From assembly GCA_016235455.1 (NCBI GenBank), contig JACRKZ010000125.1, positions 1-36,415 of the forward strand: a stretch of 36,415 nucleotides of DNA, in the 5' to 3' direction. Each line of letters opens with the position of its first letter. The stretch's first letter is position 1. The notes under the pieces are model-generated. The model was not told the DNA's origin. It saw only the letters and a list, made by a program, of their open reading frames with translations, and ran no database searches. Positions 10,201-17,759 of the stretch are shown here, piece by piece. This DNA comes from Armatimonadota bacterium (GTDB lineage: Bacteria; Armatimonadota; UBA10988). The translations under genes and the position numbers were made by a program.

Positions 10201-10500
10201 CATCAGCAGCGTCCCGCCGCGCACGCAGGAGTTGGCCAGGAAGACTGCCTGCGCGGGGTCGTCGCCCACGGCGCTGACCACGCCGTCTGTCAGGCCGGTC
10301 AGCGGCCCGCTCTGGGGCGCCAGTGCGCCCAAGCCGAGCCGGCACTCGGCACCGCGCGCGGCATCGGTGGCCGACGGCCCGGCGACCGTGGCGAACCGCC
10401 AGCGGCCGTCACGGATCTCGCCGTATTCGCTGTACACCGACGGTGCGGCTGACACCGACGCCGCCCACATTGCCAGGACCAGCAGACCGGCGAGGCGCAT
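7228..10500 (-). CDS. Exported GH38-like (alpha-mannosidase-like) glycoside hydrolase with N-terminal discoidin-like domain
   Basis: True start is ATG at 10500 (MRLAGLLVLAMWAASVSA signal), 2 nt after the upstream stop. Motifs FKTHFDIGYT (metal-binding H-x-D), MTDVPSHSW (nucleophile region), GDNHGPP, DMPDTWIHG, YGEHTWG and IVVFNPLPWER. About 1090 aa. Confidence 0.85.
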   Translation of the reverse strand: MRLAGLLVLAMWAASVSAAPSVYSEYGEIRDGRWRFATVAGPSATDAARGAECRLGLGALAPQSGPLTGLTDGVVSAVGDDPAQAVFLANSCVRGGTLLMDLGRAQPLAQIRSYSYHQWKVDQGGRGPQVYALAGALSPDGPWTDIARVDSRPNTTGANWGNRPQVARIAGALGTWRYLRFVIEPTWTPLLRQTPDSGETWSNTFFTEIDVDTEATMAHAEPASLYAPWPDLREVVIVFKTHFDIGYTDLARNIVTRYRTTMIDQALAVVDQSRGLPPEQQFVWTVPAWPMTKILEDWPGQTAERRARLQAAFAAGRFAVQAMPFTVQTEALEPETLIRGLGLASGLARAAGQPLPRAAKMTDVPSHSWILPTLLRAAGVEFLHLGVNGASAVPRVPLLFRWQGADGSELLTMLTGEYGSGLTPPPGWPHRAWLAMVMTGDNHGPPTPGEVRALLDEARAKLPGVKVRVGRLEDFYDALGQPEGVPVVRGDMPDTWIHGIACDPAGMRVARALPAAAAAARTLATTLGAWSAGTVEVGADLAHAYEQALLYGEHTWGGALYWVTQYGPPGGTGSAQDWHYGAKWREELAAGRFQRLQESWEEHTAYATGARDAVAAATGHALTALAQDAPGEGRRIVVFNPLPWERDGEVRVDLPGTAIAALAPVDGGDAVPAVAEGNSLRFVARHVPPGGYRVYEPIKAELRDPGLRVDESTGVLESRWLKVTLDPKTCSIASIQLRRDGRELVQPGCGRLLHERFDFDHVRAFTSTYLRGNSDWGFAELGKPNLPPSAEAPYQALSPADATLRLSRDALAATGEMTAQTPFPVSLRVVVGADRPYVDLELTVDKPADNWPEAGWLVLPIAADQPRFCVGRAGSVMDPAKDIVPGTNRHLLAVSTGVTVLGANGRGAGLCGPDTPLVSLGEPGIWRYDLDYVPTRPVVYFNLYNNQWTTNYRFWCGGRLTWRFRLWAADSDATEPYLITPATELRQPLLATVATGPAGHLPASAAGLSLSRRGIEVLALGANPDGEGTLLRVWEQAGTSGPVTVSLPGSWRTAQPVDLRGTPVGAAIAVEGGRFTAQVRGFAPAAWVLR

Positions 10501-10502
10501 CG

Positions 10503-12566
10503 TCAACTGCCCTGCAGCGGCACCACCGGTGCGTTCGGGCCAGGGAGCGCCAGGCGCAGTTCCTCGGGCAGCACCGGCAAGTCGCGCTGGCCGTCGCCGT
10601 CCAGGTCGCCGCGCTGGCAGGCGCTGACATCGAGGTCTGCGCCCACGGCCGGCTGCGGGCTCTGGTCGGTGGGCCGGACGCTGAGCGCCACACTCGGGCT
10701 CGCCTTCCAGTTCCACACCAGGCAGTCGCGGAACGGCCGCGCGGGCAGCGCCGGCGCGAAGTCGATGGTCTCGGCGCCGATGGCGGTTACCCGCCGCGGC
10801 ACACTGTCGCCGTTGATCTCGATGGTGTCGCCCACGGCGAACAGGTTGGTCTCGTTGCGCCGGCCGAAGGTCATCGACAGGCGGTCGGCGCGGTTGGCAT
10901 CGGCCGACGGCGCCACGGCCTGCAACGCGGGCACGTTGACCAGCTTGGGGTCGGCTCGGCGCGAATGCTGCTCCTGGCCGGTGGCGGCGTAAGCCTGGGC
11001 CGGCTCGGTGAACTTCTGCCATTTCGGCGCGCCGGTCTCAGCCATGGGTGAGGCGGCATCGCGCGGCCAGAACAGGTTGCCGTCGCTGGTCACCGAGGCC
11101 GCCAGGTTGAGCGTGTTGCCCAGCAGCAGGTTGCCCTGGAAGCGGTGTTCCTGCCCCGAGATGAGGAACGAGCCCCAGCCCCCAAAGCCGACCGTGTTGC
11201 GCTCGACGCGCCAGCGGCTGGAGTTGTCGTGGCCGAAGATGACCGTGAAGGCGTCGGTGCCCAGGAGCACATTGCCGGTCAGGCTGGCGTCCTCGGTCTC
11301 CTCGGTCATCAGCGCCTGCCCGCCGCACAACATCACGTTCTCTTCGATGCGCAGGTTCCTAACGCCGCGGTAGGTCTGCATGTTGTCCGGGTGCGACATG
11401 TAGATGTGGTGGTGCAGGTAGTTGCGCCGCACCAGCACGTCCTCCGCGGTGGGCTCGCCATCGGGCCGGCCGCTGACGTTGCCGGCCACGACCAGGCCAT
11501 CGACCAGGTTGTACGCCGATTCGTTGCCCTCGATGACCACCTGGCGGCTAGAGGCGATGCCCAGGCCGGTGCCCTCGTTGGCCAGGGACAAGCAGTGCTC
11601 CACGCGCAACTGCGTGCATTGCCGCGCGAACAGACCATTGCCGGCGTTGTGGTGCAGGATGCAGCCGCTCAGCGTGACGCCGTCGCAGCCGCCGATCTGC
11701 ACGCCGGCGTCGCGCGATCCGCTGATCTCCAGGTTCTCCACGCGCACCTTGGTCACGCGCCGGTTCCAGGTGCCCACGGCCAGCGCTGGCCCGGCCGCGC
11801 GCAGTTGCGTGCGCTGCAGGTCGGCGGCGGCCGCCGGCCGGAAGGTGACGCGGTAGCGCTTGTCGCCCAGCTTCTCATAGGCCCACTGGCCGGGTCCGCT
11901 GATCAGCGCGGGGTGGTTGGCCAGTCGATAGCGATGCCCGTTGGCCCGCGCCGGCAACGGCCGCACGCCGGCCGCTGGCAGCAGTGCGCGGTTGGCCAGG
12001 CTCAGCCCCGCCAGCGGCAGCGTGTCGAATGTGTTCGATGCCGCGTTGTAGCAGAAGGCCATGACCGACGCCGGCCGCGCCGCCACCGCGCCGAGCGGAT
12101 CGCCGCCGGGGAAGGCGTCGCGGTCGGTCAGTTCGGGGCCGGTCAGATAGCGCATCGGCTGGTCGGCGGCGGGCCACCAGCTCACCGGCTGCGGCGCGAC
12201 GCCGACGAACAGGCCGTCGGGCTCGGTCTCCGTCTCGGCGGCGTACAGGCCGGCGCCCGCGGGCTGCCAGCCGGTCAGCGGCCGGAACCCGGTCACGATG
12301 GCGCGCTCGCCGGGCGCGCCGCGCAACACGGTGGGCTGGTCGGCGGTGCCTGAGAGATCCAGTCGCACCGTCTCGGCGTAGACGCCGGCGCGTAGCGTGA
12401 CGGTGTCGCCAGCCTTGGCGCCGCGCAGCGCCGCGGCGACGGTGCCGAACGGCCGGGCCGCCGAACCATCACCAGTAGCGCCGGGCTGCACGAACCATTC
12501 GGCGGCCCAGGTTGGCCTCGACAGCGCGGCGGCCAGAAGCAGGCACAGTACGACCCACGAGCGCAT
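10503..12566 (-). CDS. Exported right-handed parallel beta-helix protein (pectin-lyase fold; DUF1565-like N-terminus)
   Basis: Signal peptide; WFVQPGATGDGSAARPFGTVAAA..AGDTVTLRAGVYAE; repeated beta-helix coils (ENLEISGS, GCILHHN, EGNESAYN, RRNYLHHH); HPDNMQ motif. Confidence 0.85.
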   Translation of the reverse strand: MRSWVVLCLLLAAALSRPTWAAEWFVQPGATGDGSAARPFGTVAAALRGAKAGDTVTLRAGVYAETVRLDLSGTADQPTVLRGAPGERAIVTGFRPLTGWQPAGAGLYAAETETEPDGLFVGVAPQPVSWWPAADQPMRYLTGPELTDRDAFPGGDPLGAVAARPASVMAFCYNAASNTFDTLPLAGLSLANRALLPAAGVRPLPARANGHRYRLANHPALISGPGQWAYEKLGDKRYRVTFRPAAAADLQRTQLRAAGPALAVGTWNRRVTKVRVENLEISGSRDAGVQIGGCDGVTLSGCILHHNAGNGLFARQCTQLRVEHCLSLANEGTGLGIASSRQVVIEGNESAYNLVDGLVVAGNVSGRPDGEPTAEDVLVRRNYLHHHIYMSHPDNMQTYRGVRNLRIEENVMLCGGQALMTEETEDASLTGNVLLGTDAFTVIFGHDNSSRWRVERNTVGFGGWGSFLISGQEHRFQGNLLLGNTLNLAASVTSDGNLFWPRDAASPMAETGAPKWQKFTEPAQAYAATGQEQHSRRADPKLVNVPALQAVAPSADANRADRLSMTFGRRNETNLFAVGDTIEINGDSVPRRVTAIGAETIDFAPALPARPFRDCLVWNWKASPSVALSVRPTDQSPQPAVGADLDVSACQRGDLDGDGQRDLPVLPEELRLALPGPNAPVVPLQGS

Positions 12567-12624
12567 GGCGGCTCTCCACGCGTTCGGTTCGCGACGGCCG
12601 GGCCGTCTCCTGCCTGGCCGACCG

Positions 12625-13092
12625 CTAGACCAGCACGCCTTCGCCGAGCGCGAGTTGGGTTACGCGCGGCCACTCCAGCCGGGCGTAGTCGTCCCAGCGC
12701 ACGATGATCACCTCGCGATGGCTGCCCGCGCGGAAGGCGATGGTGGGCTGCTGGGCCAGATGCTCATCGACAAACGTGCGCAGGCCGTAGCGACTGCCGA
12801 ACGGCGGCTCGGCGCCCAGCTCGCAGTCGCTGAACAGCTCGGCCAATTCACCCTCCGAGGCCATGCGCGGCTCGCCGCCGAGCAGGCGCGCGACCTTGTC
12901 CAGGTCGACGCGGCAGGCGGCGAGCAACACCAGCATGGCGTACTCACCGTCGACCGCCACGATCACGGTCTTGGCGAACATGCGGCCCGGCAGATGCTCG
13001 GCGGCGGCCTCCTCCAGTGCCGTGTAGCGCAGCGGATGGTGCCGCACCTCAAAGTCGACCCGTTCGGCGCTGAGGTAGTCCAGGATCTTCAT
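12625..13092 (-). CDS. YbaK/EbsC/ProX family aminoacyl-tRNA deacylase
   Basis: ATG at 13092 with GGAGG RBS. MKILDYL...FAKTVIV (conserved Lys) ...LFSDCELGAEPPFG...AGSH; 155 aa. This is the C-terminal part of track ORF 12625..15261. Confidence 0.92.
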   Translation of the reverse strand: MKILDYLSAERVDFEVRHHPLRYTALEEAAAEHLPGRMFAKTVIVAVDGEYAMLVLLAACRVDLDKVARLLGGEPRMASEGELAELFSDCELGAEPPFGSRYGLRTFVDEHLAQQPTIAFRAGSHREVIIVRWDDYARLEWPRVTQLALGEGVLV

Positions 13093-13156
13093 GGTGACAA
13101 CCTCCGAGGACGCCGGTGGCCCGCGGCTTGCGGGGCCACACGGCCCCATATCGGCC

Positions 13157-13185
13157 ATTCTAGCGCGCCATGCGGGCGGCGCCAG
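13157..13185 (-). promoter_or_regulatory. Putative sigma70 promoter for the YbaK-family gene
   Basis: TAGAAT -10 on the minus strand (13162-13157); weak CTGGCG -35 at 17-bp spacing. Confidence 0.4.
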
Positions 13186-13230
13186 GAGGAGTCCGGTGGT
13201 GGCCAGCCAAGCCGCGCGCGGAGACCATCC

Positions 13231-14799
13231 ATGCACCGTTGGGCCATCGTCGTGGTCGTACTGCTGGCCGCCTCCCTGTGCGCCGCGCCCGCGCTCGAGG
13301 CGCAGTTCGACGCCAAAGGCCTGAGCCGCCTGAGCTATGCCGACGCCTCGTTTGTCGGTGACGGCGCCTTTCAGGTCTATGGCGCCAACCTGCGCTCTGC
13401 CGATGGGCTGCGCCATGCGGCCGACATGAAGGGCGGCCAGCGCAGCTTCGACGCCGCGACCCGGACGCTGTCGCTGACCTGGCCGTGGGGTACCGTGCGC
13501 TGCGCCTACACCATCGAGCCGACGCGCCTGCGGCTGAGTGTCACCGTCGAGAACCTGACCGACGAGACCATCGCGGATGTCACCATGTCGCCCATGGAGA
13601 GCGCCTTCCCCAGCCCGCCCGCGGGCTGGGTGCCGCACATGCCGTACCGCACCTTCAACCTGGGCTGGCCGACCACGCTCGTCGCGCGGATGCCCCAGGC
13701 GGTGCTGGCCGCGTGCAACGAAGACGTGGCACGTCCGCTGCAGTTCGGCTGGCAGGGCCGCGAATCGCTGGCCCGCCGACCGATGATTCTGGCTACGGTG
13801 AGCGACTGGAACGCTGAGATCCTCAACCCCCAGCTCAGCCGGCCCATCGCCCCGCACGCGAGCGACCGCTACGACGTGTCGCTGCGCTTTGGCCCCGCTG
13901 GCGCCACCGACGACCAGGTCTTCGGCGACCTGCTCGACCGCTTCGCCAAGCTGCTGCCCTACCGGCTCAACTGGACCGACCGCCGGCCGATCGGCGCGCT
14001 GTTCCCCTCCAGCTCGGGCATCAACGGCGAGAAGAACCCGCGCGGCTGGTTCAATGACAAGCAGGCCGACTTCGTCACCGAAGAGGGCCGCGCCAAGTTC
14101 CGCGAGCGGCTCATGGCCTGGGCGGGCCAAAGCGTTCAGGTCCTCAAGGGCCTGAACGCTCAGGGCATGATCACCTGGGACACCGAGGGCCAGGAGTACC
14201 CGCACGCCATCAGCTACCTGGGCGACCCGCGGTCGCTGCCGCCCGAGATGGAGCCGGTGGCCGATGCCTACTTCAAGCTGTTCACCGATGCCGGGCTGAA
14301 GGTCGGCGTCTGCCTGCGCCCGCAGTTGCCGCTGCGCACGGCCTATGGCGCGGGGGTCAATCAGTACGAAGTGACCGACCCGCTGGCCACGCTCGACGCC
14401 AAGCTGACCTACGCTCAGAAGCGCTGGGGCTGCACGCTGTTCTACGTGGACAGCAACGGCGACCCCAACGCGCCGATGTCGGCCAGCATCTTCAGTCAGC
14501 TCGCCGCGCGCCATCCCGACGTGCTGCTCATGCCCGAGCATGAGAACGCGGCCTACTACGCCTGCTCGGCGCCGTATCGCGACTACCAGAACCAGCGGCA
14601 GCTGGGCACCGGCGGCGACGTGCGGCGGCTCTACCCCAATGCGTTCTGCGCGCTCTACCTGGGCGACCGCGACGTGAAGCCGGTGCGCGAGCAACTCATC
14701 GAGTGCGTCAAGCACGGGGATATCCTGGTGGTGCACGGGTGGTACAGCCCGGCCAATCACAAAGACATCAAGGAGATTGTGGCGGCGGCGGCGAAGTAG
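13231..14799 (+). CDS. Exported hypothetical protein; beta-sandwich N-terminus plus probable TIM-barrel, glycoside-hydrolase-like
   Basis: GGAG RBS, ATG at 13231, signal peptide MHRWAIVVVVLLAASLCA. Acidic motifs ITWDTEGQEY and LFYVDSN; LKVGVCLRP strand. 522 aa. Fold and function are inferred. Confidence 0.6.
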   Translation: MHRWAIVVVVLLAASLCAAPALEAQFDAKGLSRLSYADASFVGDGAFQVYGANLRSADGLRHAADMKGGQRSFDAATRTLSLTWPWGTVRCAYTIEPTRLRLSVTVENLTDETIADVTMSPMESAFPSPPAGWVPHMPYRTFNLGWPTTLVARMPQAVLAACNEDVARPLQFGWQGRESLARRPMILATVSDWNAEILNPQLSRPIAPHASDRYDVSLRFGPAGATDDQVFGDLLDRFAKLLPYRLNWTDRRPIGALFPSSSGINGEKNPRGWFNDKQADFVTEEGRAKFRERLMAWAGQSVQVLKGLNAQGMITWDTEGQEYPHAISYLGDPRSLPPEMEPVADAYFKLFTDAGLKVGVCLRPQLPLRTAYGAGVNQYEVTDPLATLDAKLTYAQKRWGCTLFYVDSNGDPNAPMSASIFSQLAARHPDVLLMPEHENAAYYACSAPYRDYQNQRQLGTGGDVRRLYPNAFCALYLGDRDVKPVREQLIECVKHGDILVVHGWYSPANHKDIKEIVAAAAK

Positions 14800-14802
14800 G
14801 CT

Positions 14803-15402
14803 GTGCCGCAGGGGAGCAGCGCGATCTCGACCCACTACGCCGAGCACATGGCCGGTTGGAAGCCGTGGATGGTGGAGTACCGCTACGGCATCGTGCTGAT
14901 CGTGCCGCCAGAACCGCACCAGACGGTGGTCAGCGCGCTCCGCTCGCACTACGCCTGGTCGCAGTCGTCTGAGTGCCCGGCGCACATCAGCCTGTCCGTG
15001 CCGGTGCCCGGCCCGGTCGACCCCATCGACCTGACGGAACTGGAAGACCGGCTGGCGGCGGTCGAGCCGTTTGTCCTGCGCTACGGGCCGATCATCGTGG
15101 GCGGTGATGGCCGAGGCATCGTGCTCGATGTCGAGCCCCAGGGCCGCCTGGAAGCGCTGTTGCCCGTTCTCGAAGGGAGCCGCATGTTGCGCGGCGCCGC
15201 GCCGCGCCGCTGGCCGTTCCGAGGACACATGACCATCGCTGAGATGCTGACGCCACAGCAATCTGTTGCCGTTCGCGAGGAGCTGTCGGGCCTGGCGCTG
15301 ACGGGCGAGTTCGTGGTCGACCAGCTCACCTGGCTTGTGCCCGACGAGCGCTTCGCCTTCAGCCTCCGAGCCACGGTGCGCGTCGGGCGCGACCGCGCCT
15401 GA
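14803..15402 (+). CDS. 2H phosphoesterase (2'-5' RNA ligase/LigT-like family)
   Basis: Two HxT/S motifs, PAHISL and RGHMTI; about 199 aa; GTG start 3 nt after the upstream stop (start uncertain). Confidence 0.85.
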   Translation: MPQGSSAISTHYAEHMAGWKPWMVEYRYGIVLIVPPEPHQTVVSALRSHYAWSQSSECPAHISLSVPVPGPVDPIDLTELEDRLAAVEPFVLRYGPIIVGGDGRGIVLDVEPQGRLEALLPVLEGSRMLRGAAPRRWPFRGHMTIAEMLTPQQSVAVREELSGLALTGEFVVDQLTWLVPDERFAFSLRATVRVGRDRA

Positions 15403-15442
15403 ACCGCTACGCCGCCGCGCCTGTACTGGCCGGCGGCCGAAA

Positions 15443-15451
15443 TGCTATGCT
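15443..15451 (+). promoter_or_regulatory. Putative extended -10 promoter upstream of the glycyl radical enzyme
   Basis: TG-C-TATGCT about 20 nt upstream of the ATG at 15471, in an otherwise very GC-rich spacer. Confidence 0.45.
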
Positions 15452-15470
15452 CCGACCGGGAGACGCGCCC

Positions 15471-17729
15471 ATGCCCACGACCACCACCCGCCCGCGCTTC
15501 GAGCTGACCGACCGGCTCCGCGCCCTGGCCGCCGCCGCCGCCCAGCGCGCGCGGTCCGCGCCGGGCGTCAACCGCGTCGCGGTGCAGACCACGGCCTTCC
15601 GCGAGCGCTATGCGCATCTGCCGCTGCCCGAGCGCCAGGCACGGTCGCTGGCCGATGCGCTCGTGGCTGAGCCGGTGCTGCTGCACCCCGGCGAGCGGCT
15701 GCACGGTATGTTCTACCACGGCGCCGACCCGCAGTGGCACAGCCCCGAATGGGGCGACGACTGCACGGTGGTGGCCGCCTCGCGGCGCGTGGCGGCCGAG
15801 GTGCCCGAGATGGCGCCGCTGGCCAACCAGCATCCCCAGGGCCGCCCGGCGGACGGCGCGGAGTCGTTTGTCATCGACGGCAGCGGCATCCCCGGCCATG
15901 TCGCCTGGCACTGGGAGCGCGTGCTGTCGGGCGGGTTCGAGAGCCTCATCGACCAGCACCAGCAGGCCCTGGCCGCCACCGACGACTCGGCCGCGCGCGA
16001 CTACTACCAGGGCGCGATCATCCTGCTGCAAGCCGCGGTCGAGTGGAACCAGCGGCATGTGGACGCGCTGCGCGAGCGCCTGGCCGCCGAGAGTGACGCC
16101 GAGGAGCGCGCCCGTCTGGCCACCAGTCTGTGTGCCTTGGAGCAGGTGCCGGCCAAGCCCGCGCGCTCGTTCTATGAGGCGGTCGTCAGCTTCTACGCGC
16201 AGTGGCAGTGCGTCATGTACGAGGCGCCGTATGGCGGCAACAGCCCCGGCCGGCTCGACTGGTACCTGTGGCCGTTCCTGCGCGACGAGTATGAGACCGG
16301 GCTGATCAGCTATCAGGAGGCTGGCGAGCTGCTGGCCGAGCTGTTCCTCAAGATCGATGAGCGGGTGCATCTGTCCGACGGCCACGTCAACACCATCGTG
16401 GTCGGCGGCGTGGCGCCCGACGGCGGGGACGCGGTCAACCCGCTGTCGTGGCTGCTGCTCGATGTGTTCGAGCAGCTCGACCTGACGCACCCCGCGGTCT
16501 ACACGCGGGTCAGCGCGGCCAACCCGCCGGCCTGGCACGACCGCTGCGTGGAGTACCTGCTGCAAGGCGGCAACCGCGCGCAGATCCTGGCCGACGAGCC
16601 GATCATCGCCGCCATGACCCGCGATGGCCGTCTGCCCTATGCCGATGCGGCGCAGTACATGTGCGGCGGCTGCATGGAACTCGCGCCGCACGGGCTGAAC
16701 AGCGACCTGCTGTTCTCGTTCATCTACAACCTGCCCAAGACCCTCGGGCTGGTGCTGACCGGCGGAGAGTGCCTGACCACCGGGCAGCAGCGGCTCGACG
16801 TGCCTGGCTCGCTGGCCGAGTATGCCGACTTCGAGGCGCTCTATGCCGCCTTCGAGCACGAGTTGAACCGCGCGCTGCTGGCCAAGTTCCGCTGCCTGGA
16901 CATCTGGAGCGAGGAGATGGCCCGCTGCCGGCCGCTGTTCCTGCTGAGCAGCATGACCGACGACTGCCTGGCGCGCGGCCGCTCGCAGCAGGACGGCGGC
17001 GCGCGCTATGCCGACTATGGCGGCACGCCGCTGGGCCTGCAGAACGCCGCCGACGCGCTGTACGCTGTCAAGCGCGCCGTCTTTGACGACGGGTTCTGCG
17101 CGCCCGACGAGCTGTTGGCGGCGCTGCGCGCCGACTTCGTGGGCCATGAGCGGGTGCAACGGCGGCTGCTGGCACTGCCCAAGTACGGCCTGGGCGAGGC
17201 CGACGCCGATGCCATGATGGACCGTGTGCTGCGCAGCGTGCTGGCGCCGTTCGACACCTGGCGCAACCGCCACGGCCGCTATGTCAAGCCGATCCTGTTC
17301 ACCTTCGTCTGGGCGCCGGAGATGGGCCGCAGCCTGGGCGCCTCGCCCGACGGCCGGCGCCGCGGCCAGCCCATCGGCCACGGCCTGACCCCGCAGGCGG
17401 CCGGCCTGCGCCGTGGCCTGACCGCGAGCATCGGCTCGTACACCCAACTGCCCAACCACCTGGTCAGCGGCGGCGCCTCGACCATGTGGGACCTCGACCC
17501 CCAGTGGGCCAGCCAGCCGGTCATCCGCGCCGTGGTCGACACCTTCACCGCAGGTGGCGGGATGATCTTCCAGGGCAACGCCACGCCGGTGGAGGAGCTG
17601 CGCGCGGCGCTCGACCGGCCCGCCGAGTTCGGCCACCTGATCGTCCGCGTCGGCGGATTCTCCGCGCGGTTCGTCAACTTGTCGCGCGAGTTGCAGGTAG
17701 AGATCATCGAGCGGCATCGGCACGGGTAG
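15471..17729 (+). CDS. Glycyl radical enzyme (PFL superfamily) of uncharacterised subtype
   Basis: GGGAG RBS. Motifs PGHV, PARSFYEAV, SPGRLDWYLWP, Cys loop YMCGGCMEL (16656-16682), PKYG, ASPDGRRRGQP and C-terminal Gly loop LIVRVGGFSARFVNL. 752 aa. Confidence 0.93.
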   Translation: MPTTTTRPRFELTDRLRALAAAAAQRARSAPGVNRVAVQTTAFRERYAHLPLPERQARSLADALVAEPVLLHPGERLHGMFYHGADPQWHSPEWGDDCTVVAASRRVAAEVPEMAPLANQHPQGRPADGAESFVIDGSGIPGHVAWHWERVLSGGFESLIDQHQQALAATDDSAARDYYQGAIILLQAAVEWNQRHVDALRERLAAESDAEERARLATSLCALEQVPAKPARSFYEAVVSFYAQWQCVMYEAPYGGNSPGRLDWYLWPFLRDEYETGLISYQEAGELLAELFLKIDERVHLSDGHVNTIVVGGVAPDGGDAVNPLSWLLLDVFEQLDLTHPAVYTRVSAANPPAWHDRCVEYLLQGGNRAQILADEPIIAAMTRDGRLPYADAAQYMCGGCMELAPHGLNSDLLFSFIYNLPKTLGLVLTGGECLTTGQQRLDVPGSLAEYADFEALYAAFEHELNRALLAKFRCLDIWSEEMARCRPLFLLSSMTDDCLARGRSQQDGGARYADYGGTPLGLQNAADALYAVKRAVFDDGFCAPDELLAALRADFVGHERVQRRLLALPKYGLGEADADAMMDRVLRSVLAPFDTWRNRHGRYVKPILFTFVWAPEMGRSLGASPDGRRRGQPIGHGLTPQAAGLRRGLTASIGSYTQLPNHLVSGGASTMWDLDPQWASQPVIRAVVDTFTAGGGMIFQGNATPVEELRAALDRPAEFGHLIVRVGGFSARFVNLSRELQVEIIERHRHG

Positions 17730-17759
17730 GAGAGCCGGCCGGCTGGGCAGGGGTGGGCC

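Noticed and set aside
10501-11022. N-terminal extension of track ORF 7228..11022
   Set aside because: It overlaps the beta-helix gene in another frame. The signal peptide begins at ATG 10500.
12397-15261. Track ORFs 12397..14799 (+) and 12625..15261 (-) taken at full length as overlapping genes
   Set aside because: Each is a real gene plus a shadow extension. RBS-supported starts at 13231 (+) and 13092 (-) give two divergent, non-overlapping genes.
15471-17729. Calling the GRE pflB, cutC or hypD
   Set aside because: It lacks the adjacent Cys-Cys of PFL and the GCVE motif, and there are no supporting pathway genes. No symbol assigned.
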